Origin: Thecamonas trahens ATCC 50062
Lineage: Eukaryota; Protista; Apusomonadida
DNA: 64,000 nt
Assembly (NCBI RefSeq): GCF_000142905.1
Contig: NW_013657624.1
Coordinates: 103,782 to 167,781 of the forward strand
Direction: 5' to 3'
Under the pieces are notes generated by a model. That model saw nothing but the letters and a program-made list of their open reading frames with translations, was not told where the DNA came from and ran no database searches. Shown piece by piece: positions 13,598 to 24,290 of the stretch (positions are counted from its first letter, which is position 1; the number at the start of each line of letters is the position of its first letter). The position numbers were made by a program, and so were the translations under genes.

Positions 13598-14782
13598 TTA
13601 TGTTTGAGTGGATGGGGCTGGGGTTGGGGTTGGGGTTGGGCTCGGAGGCAGCGGACGGGATCGAGGGACGGGCGTTGGGCGTGGAGGTGGGTCGGGTCGG
13701 GTGACAGGAGCGGAGGTAGTTGGAGTGGTCGTAGTCAAAGTGGTGGGTGGAGGCGGATAGCCATCTTCATCGTCATTATCAGAGGAAGAGGAAGAGACCG
13801 AGGTAGGCGGCGAGATGACAGCGCTGTCGGTATCGCCATCAGACTCGGACTCGGTCCAGTCCATGACAAATGAAGAGACCGAGACCGGACGTGAGAGGCG
13901 GGATCGAGCCCGAGGGATAGGGAGGCCTGAGCGAGGGGGCGGGCTGGAGGTGGTGGACGAGGCCGAGGCAACAGAGAGGGTCGACGTGGTACGCGTGCGA
14001 TGCCCGGCAGCAGTGTCGAGGCGAAGCACGTCTTCGGCGATGAGCGAGTCAGAGACGTCGAGCGAGTCATCTTGGACGTCCCACGGCGACGGCGAGTCGC
14101 TGTAGTCTGGCAGGGCTAGCGAGCCGTCGTCGATACCGTCGAGCGTCAGCGCAGAGGCCTTGAACGGATTGGTAGGAACAGCCGGAACGTCGGCGAGTAC
14201 AACGTGCGAGGCCAAATCCGAGAGATAGGCGTCGCGGAGGACTGCGGCCATGTAGACCTGGGCCCGGGCAATACAGTCAAAGACAGGGGCAAGCCAGGAG
14301 TGGGAGCGGGCGAGAAAGGCGTCGAGATCGGCCTTGGCGGTCTCGTTGAAGGCAGAAAAGGAGGACCAAGCCGCATCCGCCTCGCCGCGAGCAATCTTGC
14401 CCTTGGCCACGGCCTTGGACGCCGACTTGTGGGCGTAAAACAGCTGGGCCCGCTTACGGACGAGGCGCTTGATCTCTGCATATGAGGCAAGGAAGGCGTC
14501 GAGGACGGGACGGGCAGCCTCCAACTGAGCCGAGAGGCGGGCCTTTCTGGCATCGACCAACAATGCCCCCTTGCGCATGGAGGCAGCAGCCATACCGTAG
14601 GCCGAGACCGGCTCAAAGTATGCCTCAAACAGCGAGGCGATCTTTGCCGAGCGTGAGGCCAGAGCCGAGAGATCATCAATGAGGAGAGGGAGATGAAAAG
14701 CAACGTCCTTGGCCAGCGTCTCCAGCGAGACCACCTCTCTCCCAGGCAGCCGCGTGTACTCTTCGTCATACCCTTGATGCGG
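13598..14782 (-). CDS. BAR-domain (amphiphysin/Rvs-like) protein with Ser/Pro-rich tail; 5' end in gap
   Basis: EIKRLVRKRAQL...FSAFNETAKADLDAFLARSHSWLAPVFDCIARAQ resembles BAR helices 2-3. Confidence 0.6.
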   Translation of the reverse strand, partial: PHQGYDEEYTRLPGREVVSLETLAKDVAFHLPLLIDDLSALASRSAKIASLFEAYFEPVSAYGMAAASMRKGALLVDARKARLSAQLEAARPVLDAFLASYAEIKRLVRKRAQLFYAHKSASKAVAKGKIARGEADAAWSSFSAFNETAKADLDAFLARSHSWLAPVFDCIARAQVYMAAVLRDAYLSDLASHVVLADVPAVPTNPFKASALTLDGIDDGSLALPDYSDSPSPWDVQDDSLDVSDSLIAEDVLRLDTAAGHRTRTTSTLSVASASSTTSSPPPRSGLPIPRARSRLSRPVSVSSFVMDWTESESDGDTDSAVISPPTSVSSSSSDNDDEDGYPPPPTTLTTTTPTTSAPVTRPDPPPRPTPVPRSRPLPPSPTPTPTPAPSTQT

Positions 14783-15780
14783 NNNNNNNNNNNNNNNNNN
14801 NNNNNNNNNNNNNNNNNNNNNNNNNNNNNNNNNNNNNNNNNNNNNNNNNNNNNNNNNNNNNNNNNNNNNNNNNNNNNNNNNNNNNNNNNNNNNNNNNNNN
14901 NNNNNNNNNNNNNNNNNNNNNNNNNNNNNNNNNNNNNNNNNNNNNNNNNNNNNNNNNNNNNNNNNNNNNNNNNNNNNNNNNNNNNNNNNNNNNNNNNNNN
15001 NNNNNNNNNNNNNNNNNNNNNNNNNNNNNNNNNNNNNNNNNNNNNNNNNNNNNNNNNNNNNNNNNNNNNNNNNNNNNNNNNNNNNNNNNNNNNNNNNNNN
15101 NNNNNNNNNNNNNNNNNNNNNNNNNNNNNNNNNNNNNNNNNNNNNNNNNNNNNNNNNNNNNNNNNNNNNNNNNNNNNNNNNNNNNNNNNNNNNNNNNNNN
15201 NNNNNNNNNNNNNNNNNNNNNNNNNNNNNNNNNNNNNNNNNNNNNNNNNNNNNNNNNNNNNNNNNNNNNNNNNNNNNNNNNNNNNNNNNNNNNNNNNNNN
15301 NNNNNNNNNNNNNNNNNNNNNNNNNNNNNNNNNNNNNNNNNNNNNNNNNNNNNNNNNNNNNNNNNNNNNNNNNNNNNNNNNNNNNNNNNNNNNNNNNNNN
15401 NNNNNNNNNNNNNNNNNNNNNNNNNNNNNNNNNNNNNNNNNNNNNNNNNNNNNNNNNNNNNNNNNNNNNNNNNNNNNNNNNNNNNNNNNNNNNNNNNNNN
15501 NNNNNNNNNNNNNNNNNNNNNNNNNNNNNNNNNNNNNNNNNNNNNNNNNNNNNNNNNNNNNNNNNNNNNNNNNNNNNNNNNNNNNNNNNNNNNNNNNNNN
15601 NNNNNNNNNNNNNNNNNNNNNNNNNNNNNNNNNNNNNNNNNNNNNNNNNNNNNNNNNNNNNNNNNNNNNNNNNNNNNNNNNNNNNNNNNNNNNNNNNNNN
15701 NNNNNNNNNNNNNNNNNNNNNNNNNNNNNNNNNNNNNNNNNNNNNNNNNNNNNNNNNNNNNNNNNNNNNNNNNNNNNNNN

Positions 15781-15940
15781 GATGACCATGGATCATGGTG
15801 ATGATCATGGTGATAGTGATGGTGGTAGTGATGGTGATGACCATGGATCATGGTGATGATCATGGTGGTAGTGATGGTGGTAGTGATGGTGATGACCATG
15901 GATCATGGTGATGATCATGGTGATAGTGATGGTGATCACC
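15781..15940. repeat. 55-bp tandem repeat (~2.8 copies) abutting the gap
   Basis: Unit gatgaccatggatcatggtgatgatcatggtg(a/g)tagtgatggtggtagtgatggt starts at 15781, 15836 and 15891. Confidence 0.9.
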
Positions 15941-16021
15941 GTGATCGTCATGCCCACCATGATCATGTAGACTACACTCTCTACGCATACTCACGCCATC
16001 GCTCCGCCGCAACCCGCACAG

Positions 16022-16608
16022 ACATCAAGGCCATCGATTGGAAGACCTTGGCATCGGCAGGTGTCCGCGGCGTGGTCCTCGACAAGGACAACACAATCAC
16101 TCTTCCCTACTCGCGGACTGTCTACCTCCCGCTGGTCAACTCGGTCCGCGCCGCTCTGTCGGCCTTTGGCACGGACAACGTCGTTGTCTTCTCCAACTCG
16201 GCCGGATCCGCCGACGATGTTGGCTTTGCCGAGGCTGACTCGCTCTCGGCCATGCTCGGCATCCCGGTCCTCAAGCACGGTGGAAAGAAGCCCGATGGCG
16301 CCGACGCGCTCAAGGCCCACTTTGGCCTGCCCGACGCAAGCGACGACGGCCTGGCCTCATACGCCATGATCGGCGACCGCCACCTGACCGACGTCGTTTT
16401 TGGCAACGCCAACGGCATGCTCACCATCAAGACCGAGCTTCTCTCCACAGAGAACGACAACCAGGTTGCCTCGATCATGCGCCGCTACGAGGCCAAGTAC
16501 GCCGCCAAGCTCGTCGCCGACGGCCTCTCCGCCCCCGATCATCCGCTCGCAAACCACCCGGACATCGTCACCATGCTCTCCACCACGCCGCCGCCACCCA
16601 AGCCGTGA
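16022..16608 (+). CDS. GEP4: GEP4-like phosphatidylglycerophosphatase (HAD IIIA), last exon; 5' end uncertain
   Basis: IDWKTL..GVRGVVLDKDNTIT, VFSNSAGS, HGGKKP, MIGDRHLTDVVFGN. Candidate acceptor cgcacag at 16021. Confidence 0.85.
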
Positions 16609-16908
16609 TCCTCCCTCACCCGCCATCGCCCACCATCGCCGTGCCGTGCCATCGCAAGCCTTGCCGCTGGCCCCAGGGCAACACTGTGTTGCCCGGCCTT
16701 CGGGCGCCCCCTCCCCCCCCCCCCAAACACCCAACACACGCACAGGAACACACATTCCCCCTTCCACCTGCTTACCCCCACCCCCTTGCCCGAACCACTG
16801 GATGACTCTCGGCGCTGCCAACGCGTCACAAGCAGCCATAAAACGGCGTCCGTTTCGGCCACCGGAACTCGCCGCTCTGCACCCACAGCAACCAATCACC
16901 ACCTTTAC

Positions 16909-17166
16909 ATGGAGACCAGACAACAACCTCGGCGCGCTCCACAGTGGCTTTATCTCGGTCCGGTTCTCGGCGCCCCGCTGGCGCACATCGGAGTTACGCT
17001 GTACAAGAAAGCGACGCCAACAGCCAGGCGATGGCTCGTTGGCTTCGTCGCTGCCGCCACAGTCTCGACCGTCGCCACCCGGCTCGTTCTCATGCACCAC
17101 GCCGTCAACTTTACCGACGTCTCGGGGCGAGCCCATGACGACCGCTACATCGATCGGCGGCAGTAG
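16909..17166 (+). CDS. Small (85 aa) putative two-TM protein
   Basis: METRQQPRRAPQWLYLGPVLGAPLAHIGVTLY...WLVGFVAAATVSTVATRLVLM; host-like codon usage. Confidence 0.5.
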   Translation: METRQQPRRAPQWLYLGPVLGAPLAHIGVTLYKKATPTARRWLVGFVAAATVSTVATRLVLMHHAVNFTDVSGRAHDDRYIDRRQ

Positions 17167-17211
17167 CAGCAGCAAGTGAGCGTGAGTGCTTCTCGCGCGA
17201 GTCTAGCCATA

Positions 17212-20200
17212 TCACCAGAACAGGAAGCCGCGCTTGCTTGCCCGGCTAGAGTGGCGCTTGCCCGGCTTGAACCTGTGCCGCTTGCGGCCGGCTGTCTTGG
17301 GCGCCTGCGGCTGCCCGACAAGGACAAACGATGACGACGACCACGAGTGCGGCAGGTCCAAGCCGCCAGGACCAGACTTTGAGTGGGACGGCAAGAGGTG
17401 CGGAACGTCCGATTCGTGCTTGAACTTGGCGTGCCGGTGAAAGAGAAGGTTCATGACCAGGTTCCGCGGCGACCAGCCCGGCGGCTCGACCAGGAGCGAG
17501 GCGCGCGCCTGGTCCTTGACATCCATTAGCAGCGCAGCATTGGTCACAAACTCGGCCACAACTGGGACAATGTGCAGCCGGTACGGGTACTCGCTGTACG
17601 ACGCAAGCATCGAGAGGTGTTTGAGCGTCACCGGGTGCGTCCGGTACTCGGCCTGCTCCGATCGCACCATTTGCATGGCCCGCAAGTGAGGCGCGAGCAG
17701 CGGCACGACAGGCGGCGTTGCCTTCTTCACAGCCTTAAAGTACAGCCGCGGATTGGTTTTGGAAATGAGGTGTCGAAAGATCTCGAGCTGCGACCGGTAC
17801 GCCTCGGGCAGGAGCGCAAAGGTATGCTCCAGCCGCTGGACCGGCGAACCCGGCCGGAGCAGGCCCGAGACAATGGCTTCGACAGAGCCAAAGTTGTTGA
17901 GCAGTAGGCAGCACGCAGCAATGTCCAGCAGCATGCATAGCCGGTGCGCCCGCGACTCCAGCTCAGAGTCAAGATCCATCTTGGCCGCGTCGTACCGCAG
18001 CAGCATCGAAGCCGCCCACTGCCGCTCAAACGCGTGCCGCGCACGCAAGGCTTCCACAGCCGGCGCCGGCTGCGCCTCTACAGCCGCAAAGAACTGCTCC
18101 TCCGGAATAGCCGAGTACAGGTCAAACGCCACCAGTGACATCTGGCGCGCAATCTCTAACACGTGGACCGAGTCCAGCGAAGAGAGCGGTGGCGGCGCTG
18201 TGATCGTGTACGGCTCCGGGAACTCGGCAGCCTGCGACCGGACCGTCAGCGACGTCCCGGTCTCGGAAAAGACCGGCTTGACAATGTTGGCCATTTCCGG
18301 TGGCGACTCGACTTCCACCTCGCCATCATCCGAGTCAGAGCCTAGCGCCGAGAACGGGTCCAGCAACGCCGCCGCAGCGTCTAGCGCCTCGGCTGCAATC
18401 GACTTGTCCTCGCCCGACATGCTCGCTGCGTTGAGCTCTTTGAACGTTCCTGACCGCATCCGTGCCTGCTGGCTCTCAGTCGTACTCTTGCCATGCGCCC
18501 GCGGCTGTAGTGCGTTCGACGCGTCCAGCTGCTGGTTGTCGGTCAGCCCCGGGGAGAACTGGAGGAACTTCTCCACCATGGTCACCGGCTGAATGGCGTA
18601 GACCGGCGCAGTCTGCCACCGCAGCACGGCGCTGATCTCCTTGGAAATGGCCTCAAACTTGGAGACGTCGAGCAGGCCCTCGTCAAAACTCTCCATGTTG
18701 GCCTCAATCGCCGCAAGCTTGCTCTCAAACGGCCCGGTGTACGGTACAGCAGGCGCGGCGACGTATCGCAGCACGCGCTGGTACTCGAGCCACGGCGGTT
18801 GAATGAGCCGCTCCAGTTCCGCGAGGCTGTCGCGATAGTCTTGCGGGAGGAGCTCAAACGTGTGCGTCAGTCGCGACACGGTTGTCTTGACAAGCGCCGT
18901 CGTGATGGCAAAGCACGAGAGGTAGTTGTCGAGCGCCTTGCAGGCTCGTGCAGAGTCAATGAGTCGACAGATGACCAACACTCGCTGGCGGAGCTGCCGG
19001 GTCAGCAGAATCTGCGACGCCGCAAACGCCTCAGTCGCGTTGAACCGCGCCGTGAGTGCGTCGAGCGCCGCACGCGGCTGCTTCTTGAGAAACTCACTTG
19101 GTCGGACGCTGCGATAGACGGCGTAGTCGTGGTATGTCAGTTGGCGCGCAAGCTCCAGCGGCGAGAGCTGCAGAATCCGGTTGAGCGAGTGCAGATTGCC
19201 GGAGGGGAGAATCGGCGCAGGTGTCTGCTCGCGCATGCCGGCCACATTGTAGACGGTGCACGGCTCGGCCGCCACACGCTCAAATGCTGCCACACTTCGC
19301 TGCAGCTCACCGAGCACGTCATCGGCGCGTTGGATAACCTCGGCCGCGAGATTGTGCGATGGCACCGCGCCAGCCACAAACTTGAGAAAGTCCTCCAACT
19401 CGGCACGCGGCGACGGATAAGCCTTGTCCAGCACCGCCCGCATCTCTGGCTTTCCGCGCTCGCCGAGCTCGACCTCCGAGCCATTGTCCTCGTCTGACGA
19501 CGAGCTGATAGCCGACCTGGAGGCGCCCGCTGCAACCGCCAGGTCGCTCGCCGAGTATACCACGTCGGATCCAAAGTCGTGGGCATGGCCAGCTACCCAC
19601 TCGGCCACAAAGTCGAGAACCTCCATCCGAATGGCCACCTGGTGAGTGTCAAAGACTTTGCGCGGCATCGACGCCACCGGCTCGCACCAGAACCGCTCCT
19701 TGAGCACCCGCAGCAGGTCGACCGTCGGAAGGAAGCGGCGGTGGGTGAGCAGGAGCACGTCGCGGAGATCCTCATCGTACCGCCCAGGCTCGAGCACCCG
19801 CCGCAGCAGCAGTTCTAGGTTCATCGTTTCTACCGATGAGTGCAGGTACTTGTTCGAGTAGAGGCCGTTGAAGTACGGAAAGTAGACCTGAAGGTCAGGC
19901 GCCGCCTGCGCCGGCGTGTACGCGCCCGATCCGAGACCAAGCTGTGCGTGTGTTGCCGGGGAGACCGGCGTCACCATCTCCATCATAACCACCTTTTCCG
20001 CCGAGCGCGCTTCAGACATGGTCTGCAGCCCTCGCCGCGCCAAGAGCCCAGACTCGCTCGCCCCGTCCTCGGGCTCGTAATCGCTCACCACGGACGCCGG
20101 GACGGACGCCGAAAACGACGACGACACCGACGATGACGACGACATTGATGAAGAGAGCGTGAGCCCCGACGCTAACGCCACACTCCTCAGCGTCTGCATC

Positions 20201-21042
20201 AGGCCCTCCATCGACGCCGAGAGCTCGAGAACCTCAGACGCCTCCGGATTGGCCTTGCGCAGAGCGCGGAGCAGTGTCTGCATCTCCAGTCGCCGCTTGG
20301 TGATAGCAGCGAGGATCTTGTCCTTGGTCACCTTTGACTTGGCTTTTGAACCGGCGGCAGCGACAGCAGAAGCGTCGGCGAGGGCTGAAGCTGAGGACGC
20401 CGACGACGACGACGACGGCCCGTCTGGCTGCCGCCGCTTGACCTTGCGGACACGCCGCTTCTTCTTTCCCCTGCTCTGCTTGCGAGCAGGCGACTTGGAA
20501 GGCAGCAGAGCTTTGGCGGACGGCGGAGCATGCGCGGGACGAGCGATGTGAGCAGAATTATGGCGCTCAAGATGCAGGCGCAGGGCACGCTTGATGCCCT
20601 CGTCGGAGCCGTGGAGAACCCACCAGGCGACAAACTCGCGGAGATCGATGTGGGCGTTGTCGTCCTTGTTGACACGAGCAAAAGTGGCGTCGAGCTCAGC
20701 CGGATCCAAGGCGTGGCCGGCGAGGAGGGTGAAGACGGTGGCAAACTCAGCCTTGTTGATGAGGCGGTCGCCGTCCGAGTCGAAGAGGGCAAAGGCGTTC
20801 TTGGCCTCGGTCGCCTTGAGCTCGCGGATGACCGACGAGGTGTCCGCCACTCGCGCCCGCAGTGCAGCCAGCACCTCTGCGTTCGCGCCCTCGGCCTCCA
20901 TCCGTCGCAACTTCTTCCGCAGCACCCGCTTCTCGCGCAGCAGCTTCTTCAGGCGCACCTCCATGTCCGGCACCAGCGCCGCCTCGCCCGCCGCAGGCCC
21001 TGCTTCTGCTGCCGTACACGACGCAAGCCCACCACCGTCCAT
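17212..21042 (-). CDS. RasGEF with an EF-hand pair, REM domain and two tandem CDC25 domains
   Basis: EF hands DSDGDRLINKAEF and NKDDNAHIDLREF; REM LLTHRRFL..DLLRVLKERF; CDC25 domains start at LSPLELARQLT and VLEIARQMSL. Confidence 0.9.
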   Translation of the reverse strand: MDGGGLASCTAAEAGPAAGEAALVPDMEVRLKKLLREKRVLRKKLRRMEAEGANAEVLAALRARVADTSSVIRELKATEAKNAFALFDSDGDRLINKAEFATVFTLLAGHALDPAELDATFARVNKDDNAHIDLREFVAWWVLHGSDEGIKRALRLHLERHNSAHIARPAHAPPSAKALLPSKSPARKQSRGKKKRRVRKVKRRQPDGPSSSSSASSASALADASAVAAAGSKAKSKVTKDKILAAITKRRLEMQTLLRALRKANPEASEVLELSASMEGLMQTLRSVALASGLTLSSSMSSSSSVSSSFSASVPASVVSDYEPEDGASESGLLARRGLQTMSEARSAEKVVMMEMVTPVSPATHAQLGLGSGAYTPAQAAPDLQVYFPYFNGLYSNKYLHSSVETMNLELLLRRVLEPGRYDEDLRDVLLLTHRRFLPTVDLLRVLKERFWCEPVASMPRKVFDTHQVAIRMEVLDFVAEWVAGHAHDFGSDVVYSASDLAVAAGASRSAISSSSDEDNGSEVELGERGKPEMRAVLDKAYPSPRAELEDFLKFVAGAVPSHNLAAEVIQRADDVLGELQRSVAAFERVAAEPCTVYNVAGMREQTPAPILPSGNLHSLNRILQLSPLELARQLTYHDYAVYRSVRPSEFLKKQPRAALDALTARFNATEAFAASQILLTRQLRQRVLVICRLIDSARACKALDNYLSCFAITTALVKTTVSRLTHTFELLPQDYRDSLAELERLIQPPWLEYQRVLRYVAAPAVPYTGPFESKLAAIEANMESFDEGLLDVSKFEAISKEISAVLRWQTAPVYAIQPVTMVEKFLQFSPGLTDNQQLDASNALQPRAHGKSTTESQQARMRSGTFKELNAASMSGEDKSIAAEALDAAAALLDPFSALGSDSDDGEVEVESPPEMANIVKPVFSETGTSLTVRSQAAEFPEPYTITAPPPLSSLDSVHVLEIARQMSLVAFDLYSAIPEEQFFAAVEAQPAPAVEALRARHAFERQWAASMLLRYDAAKMDLDSELESRAHRLCMLLDIAACCLLLNNFGSVEAIVSGLLRPGSPVQRLEHTFALLPEAYRSQLEIFRHLISKTNPRLYFKAVKKATPPVVPLLAPHLRAMQMVRSEQAEYRTHPVTLKHLSMLASYSEYPYRLHIVPVVAEFVTNAALLMDVKDQARASLLVEPPGWSPRNLVMNLLFHRHAKFKHESDVPHLLPSHSKSGPGGLDLPHSWSSSSFVLVGQPQAPKTAGRKRHRFKPGKRHSSRASKRGFLFW

Positions 21043-21086
21043 GGGAGTGGGGAGTGGGGGGAGTGGAGTGGGGTCATTGGCTGTGA

Positions 21087-21326
21087 CGGTGGCTGTGGCG
21101 GGTCACGCGCAGGCAGGGTGTGCTGGCAGTGGGAGTGCCTGAGGGCGGGGGGGGGGGGGAGTAGGGAATAGGGTGCGGGGACTGGCATCGGGCAAGGGAG
21201 GGGGGAGATCAGGGGGAGGGCATCGGGCCGGGAGGAGTGGGGTGCGGTCATCTGCTATGGCGGTGGCTGTGGCGGGTCACGCGCAGGCAGTGTGTGCTGG
21301 CAGCAGTGGCAGTGCCTGAGGCGGGG
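21087..21326. repeat. ~65-bp direct repeat upstream of the RasGEF
   Basis: cggtggctgtggcgggtcacgcgcaggcag..tgctggcag..agtgcctgag at 21087-21150 and 21261-21326. Confidence 0.85.
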
Positions 21327-21348
21327 AGGGGGGGAGCAACATGGAGAG

Positions 21349-21884
21349 TTCTCTGGCGCCGGCTAGAGTCTAAGTATATCACCAGTAACAGCGGCATTCG
21401 TCAGATCGGGATGGTTGGGAGAGTGTAGAGAGTGCTGCCGTGTGTAGACGAGGATCACATTGGCTCTCAGGTTCGATGCTGTGGTGCAGCACGGTTTTCT
21501 TGATCTACATCTTTTCATCTAGGGCAGCAGGAAGCAAGAGACCATGAGAGGCTCGTAGTCTTTTGAGCCACAGAACATGATCGCAGCTGCCACCACCAGC
21601 ACAGCTCAAAGAGCTTACCCATGCATTTCGCAACGATTATCAACAAAGGATGCGGTCTGTCCGCCTCTCTGCGTATGTGATGGAAGCAACTGATCCGAGC
21701 TGATCTACGCTGATGCGCTGATGCGCTGAGTACGCACACAGGCAAGCAGACCAAACACTGCTGTTGCCAAAGCTAATGGACATGCCGATATAGAAGCGAT
21801 TGGCAGCATCCCAGACGACAAGACGGGCTGGTGTGGGGGGGCGGCTTGCCGGTGCGAGGGTCTGGCGACAGCACCTGGTGGACC
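21349..21884 (+). mobile_element. Putative non-autonomous Helentron relic (HINE-like)
   Basis: 21349-21369 matches the 5' end of the 31.5-35.5 kb element at 20/21 nt. The interior is non-coding and lower in GC. A degenerate 3' end-like motif lies at 21861-21884. Confidence 0.5.
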
Positions 21885-22040
21885 GAGATAAATATTATAT
21901 TTTTTTGACCTAGTCATTCCGCCGGCCAGGCCATTGGAAGGACGGCAGGCGGAGCAAGTGCGGCGGGTGCGGGGGGGAAAGGGGAGGCGGAGAGCGGGGA
22001 GGATACATTTGACGCCAAAGGGGCGTGTGCAGGCAGCAGG

Positions 22041-23343
22041 ATGGCGGACCCTGCAGGACCGGGTATGCGTATGTGTGAAGGGAGTGTGCGTATGTGTGTG
22101 TGTGGGGGGGATGGGAGTGTGTGGCTGAGGAAGGGAACGGCATGTGTAGGGTGGGTGGGGAGGTGGCTCTCTGGCTGGTGGGCAAGTGGTTGCTGGTGGT
22201 GGTGGTGGTGGTGGTGGTCAGGAACACCTTTTTTTTGTGGCTGGCCGTTGCGAACAAGGGGGGTGGTTGGGGGAAAGGGGAGGAGGAGGTGGGCATGGCG
22301 TGGGGTGGGACGGGGGAAGGGCCGGTACTTATGTGTGTGTGTGTGTACCTGTGTGTGTGGTTGTGGTTGGTCTCGTATGGCTGTGGCGGTGGCTGTGGTG
22401 TGGCTCCCGTTCGGGTTGGCTGACTGGCGCGTTGGGCGGGCGGGTGGTGGCGGTGGCGGGGGCAGGTGGGGCGGGGGAGGGCAAGCGTGGCTTCCTGACC
22501 AAGCAGGGCGGCGGGAACAAGGCCAAGACGTGGAAGAAGCGGCTGTTTGTGCTGGAGGGCCATACTTTGTCGTACTACAAGAATAGCAAAGCGACGGCAC
22601 CGCTGGGGATCATTTCGCTCTCGGGATGCACTATCTCGCCGGCGGACTCGATCAAGAAGAAGAACTGCTTCCAGGTCTACCACCCCATTCGGCGGACGTT
22701 CTACATTTACGCGGAGAGCCAGGAGGAGATGCTGGACTGGATGACGGCCATCCGGGAACACGTCCCGCGTAGCGATTCTTCACTGTTGACGTACAAGATC
22801 GTTATGCTGGGCGCAGGTGGTGTGGGCAAGTCGGCGCTGACGCTGCAGTTTGTCAACAACATGTTCCTGGCCGACTACGAGCCGACCATCGAAGACTCGT
22901 TCCTGAAGCAGCTGACAGTGGACGGGCAGTCGTGCAGACTATCGATCCTCGATACGGCGGGCCAGGAAGAGTACACCACCATCACCGACCAGTACATTGA
23001 GGTTGGCGAGGGCTTTGTACTCGTCTTTGACATCACCTCGGCGGCCTCGTTTGAGGACGTCAAGAAGGTCCACTCCAAGGTTCGCCGGGTCACTGAGGCC
23101 ATGGACGACCTGCCGCCGATGGTGCTTGTGGGCAACAAGGTTGACCTGGTCGACTTGCGCCAGGTGGAGAAGGAGACCGCCGAGTCGCTCGCCGCACAAT
23201 TTGGCTGCCCGTACTTTGAGGCGTCAGCCCTTACTCGGGAGAACGTCGAGAACGTCTTCCACGAGATCACTCGCATCATGCGTGCCAACGATGCCGAAGA
23301 CGATGTCAACATCAAGCGCGACAAGAAATGCATCATCTCATGA
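22041..23343 (+). CDS. PH domain-Ras family GTPase fusion with CaaX; exons 22041-22062 and 22466-23343
   Basis: PH: KRGFLTKQGGGNKAKTWKKRLFVL...EEMLDWMTAI. Ras: GAGGVGKS, YEPTIEDS, DTAGQEE, NKVD, EASA. C-terminus KKCIIS. The intron GTATGC...GCAG (22063-22465) splices in frame. Confidence 0.92.
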
Positions 23344-24290
23344 CTCTCCACGTGTTCCTCCCGTGCACAAACAAAAAATCGTGTCCAGGGACCTGATTCT
23401 GCCAAAGCCCAATCGAGCACAGAGAGGGGGGGGGGGGGAGAGGCTAGAAAGTGAGTGCGGGGAAATGAAGCAGCGGTGCGTGGAGCAAGCGAGGCATGCA
23501 CTGCTCATGCTCGAGCGGCGCTGGCTTGTCTGTGTGATGGCTCCTGGGAGCCCTGGCGTGGCCAAGACTCCTTCCCCCAAGGCAAACGAACGAACGAGTG
23601 AATGAACGAATTGGCAGCCGGAGGCGGCAGCTGGCTGTGGCCGGCGATGGGGCGATGGGGTGACGGGGTGACGGAGCGACGGGGCACCCGACTCTTGCCA
23701 CCATCGCCATCAGGCCCATGGCGATGCGCACGATGGACGGACCAGCGGACGGGGGCGGTGCTGGGCAGGCGATGCCACGGGATGCGGACGCGGCTGTCAG
23801 CGTATCGTCGCCCGGGCGGGGCTCACGGGCGCGGGCACGGGCGCGGGCACGTGCCCAGGCGCGGGCGGCGGAGCGGGCGCAGGGCGGCGGGACAGCGGCG
23901 GCGGCGGCAGCGGCCGACAAGCCACCCTCCCGCCCTCTCGACGGATGGGTCGAGGTGGTGCCGTTGCCGGGACTGGACCTGCCCGAGCTGGAGGCCGGGC
24001 ATGGCGGTGAGCGCGGCAATGGCGGCAGCAGCCGGGGCGGGCGCGATGGCGCCGATGGCAGTGATGGCGCGAGCGATGACGTGAGCAGTGGTGATTGGAC
24101 GGGCGGTGGTGATGGGACGGGCAGCGGTGGTGGCGCGGGCGGCGGTGGTGGCGCGGGCGGCGGTGGTGGCGTGGGCGGTGCGGCTGCCCGCGGCAAGACG
24201 CCCGCGGTGTTGGCGGAGCCGTTAGCGACTCTCAACTATGGCTGGTGATGGTGAGCTCTGCGCTGGGACTGTCGCGCTGGCTCTCTACCA

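Noticed and set aside
15781-15960. CRISPR-like array or His/Asp-rich metal-binding N-terminus on GEP4
   Set aside because: The units are contiguous with no unique spacers, and 55 bp is not a multiple of 3. It is more likely an intronic minisatellite.
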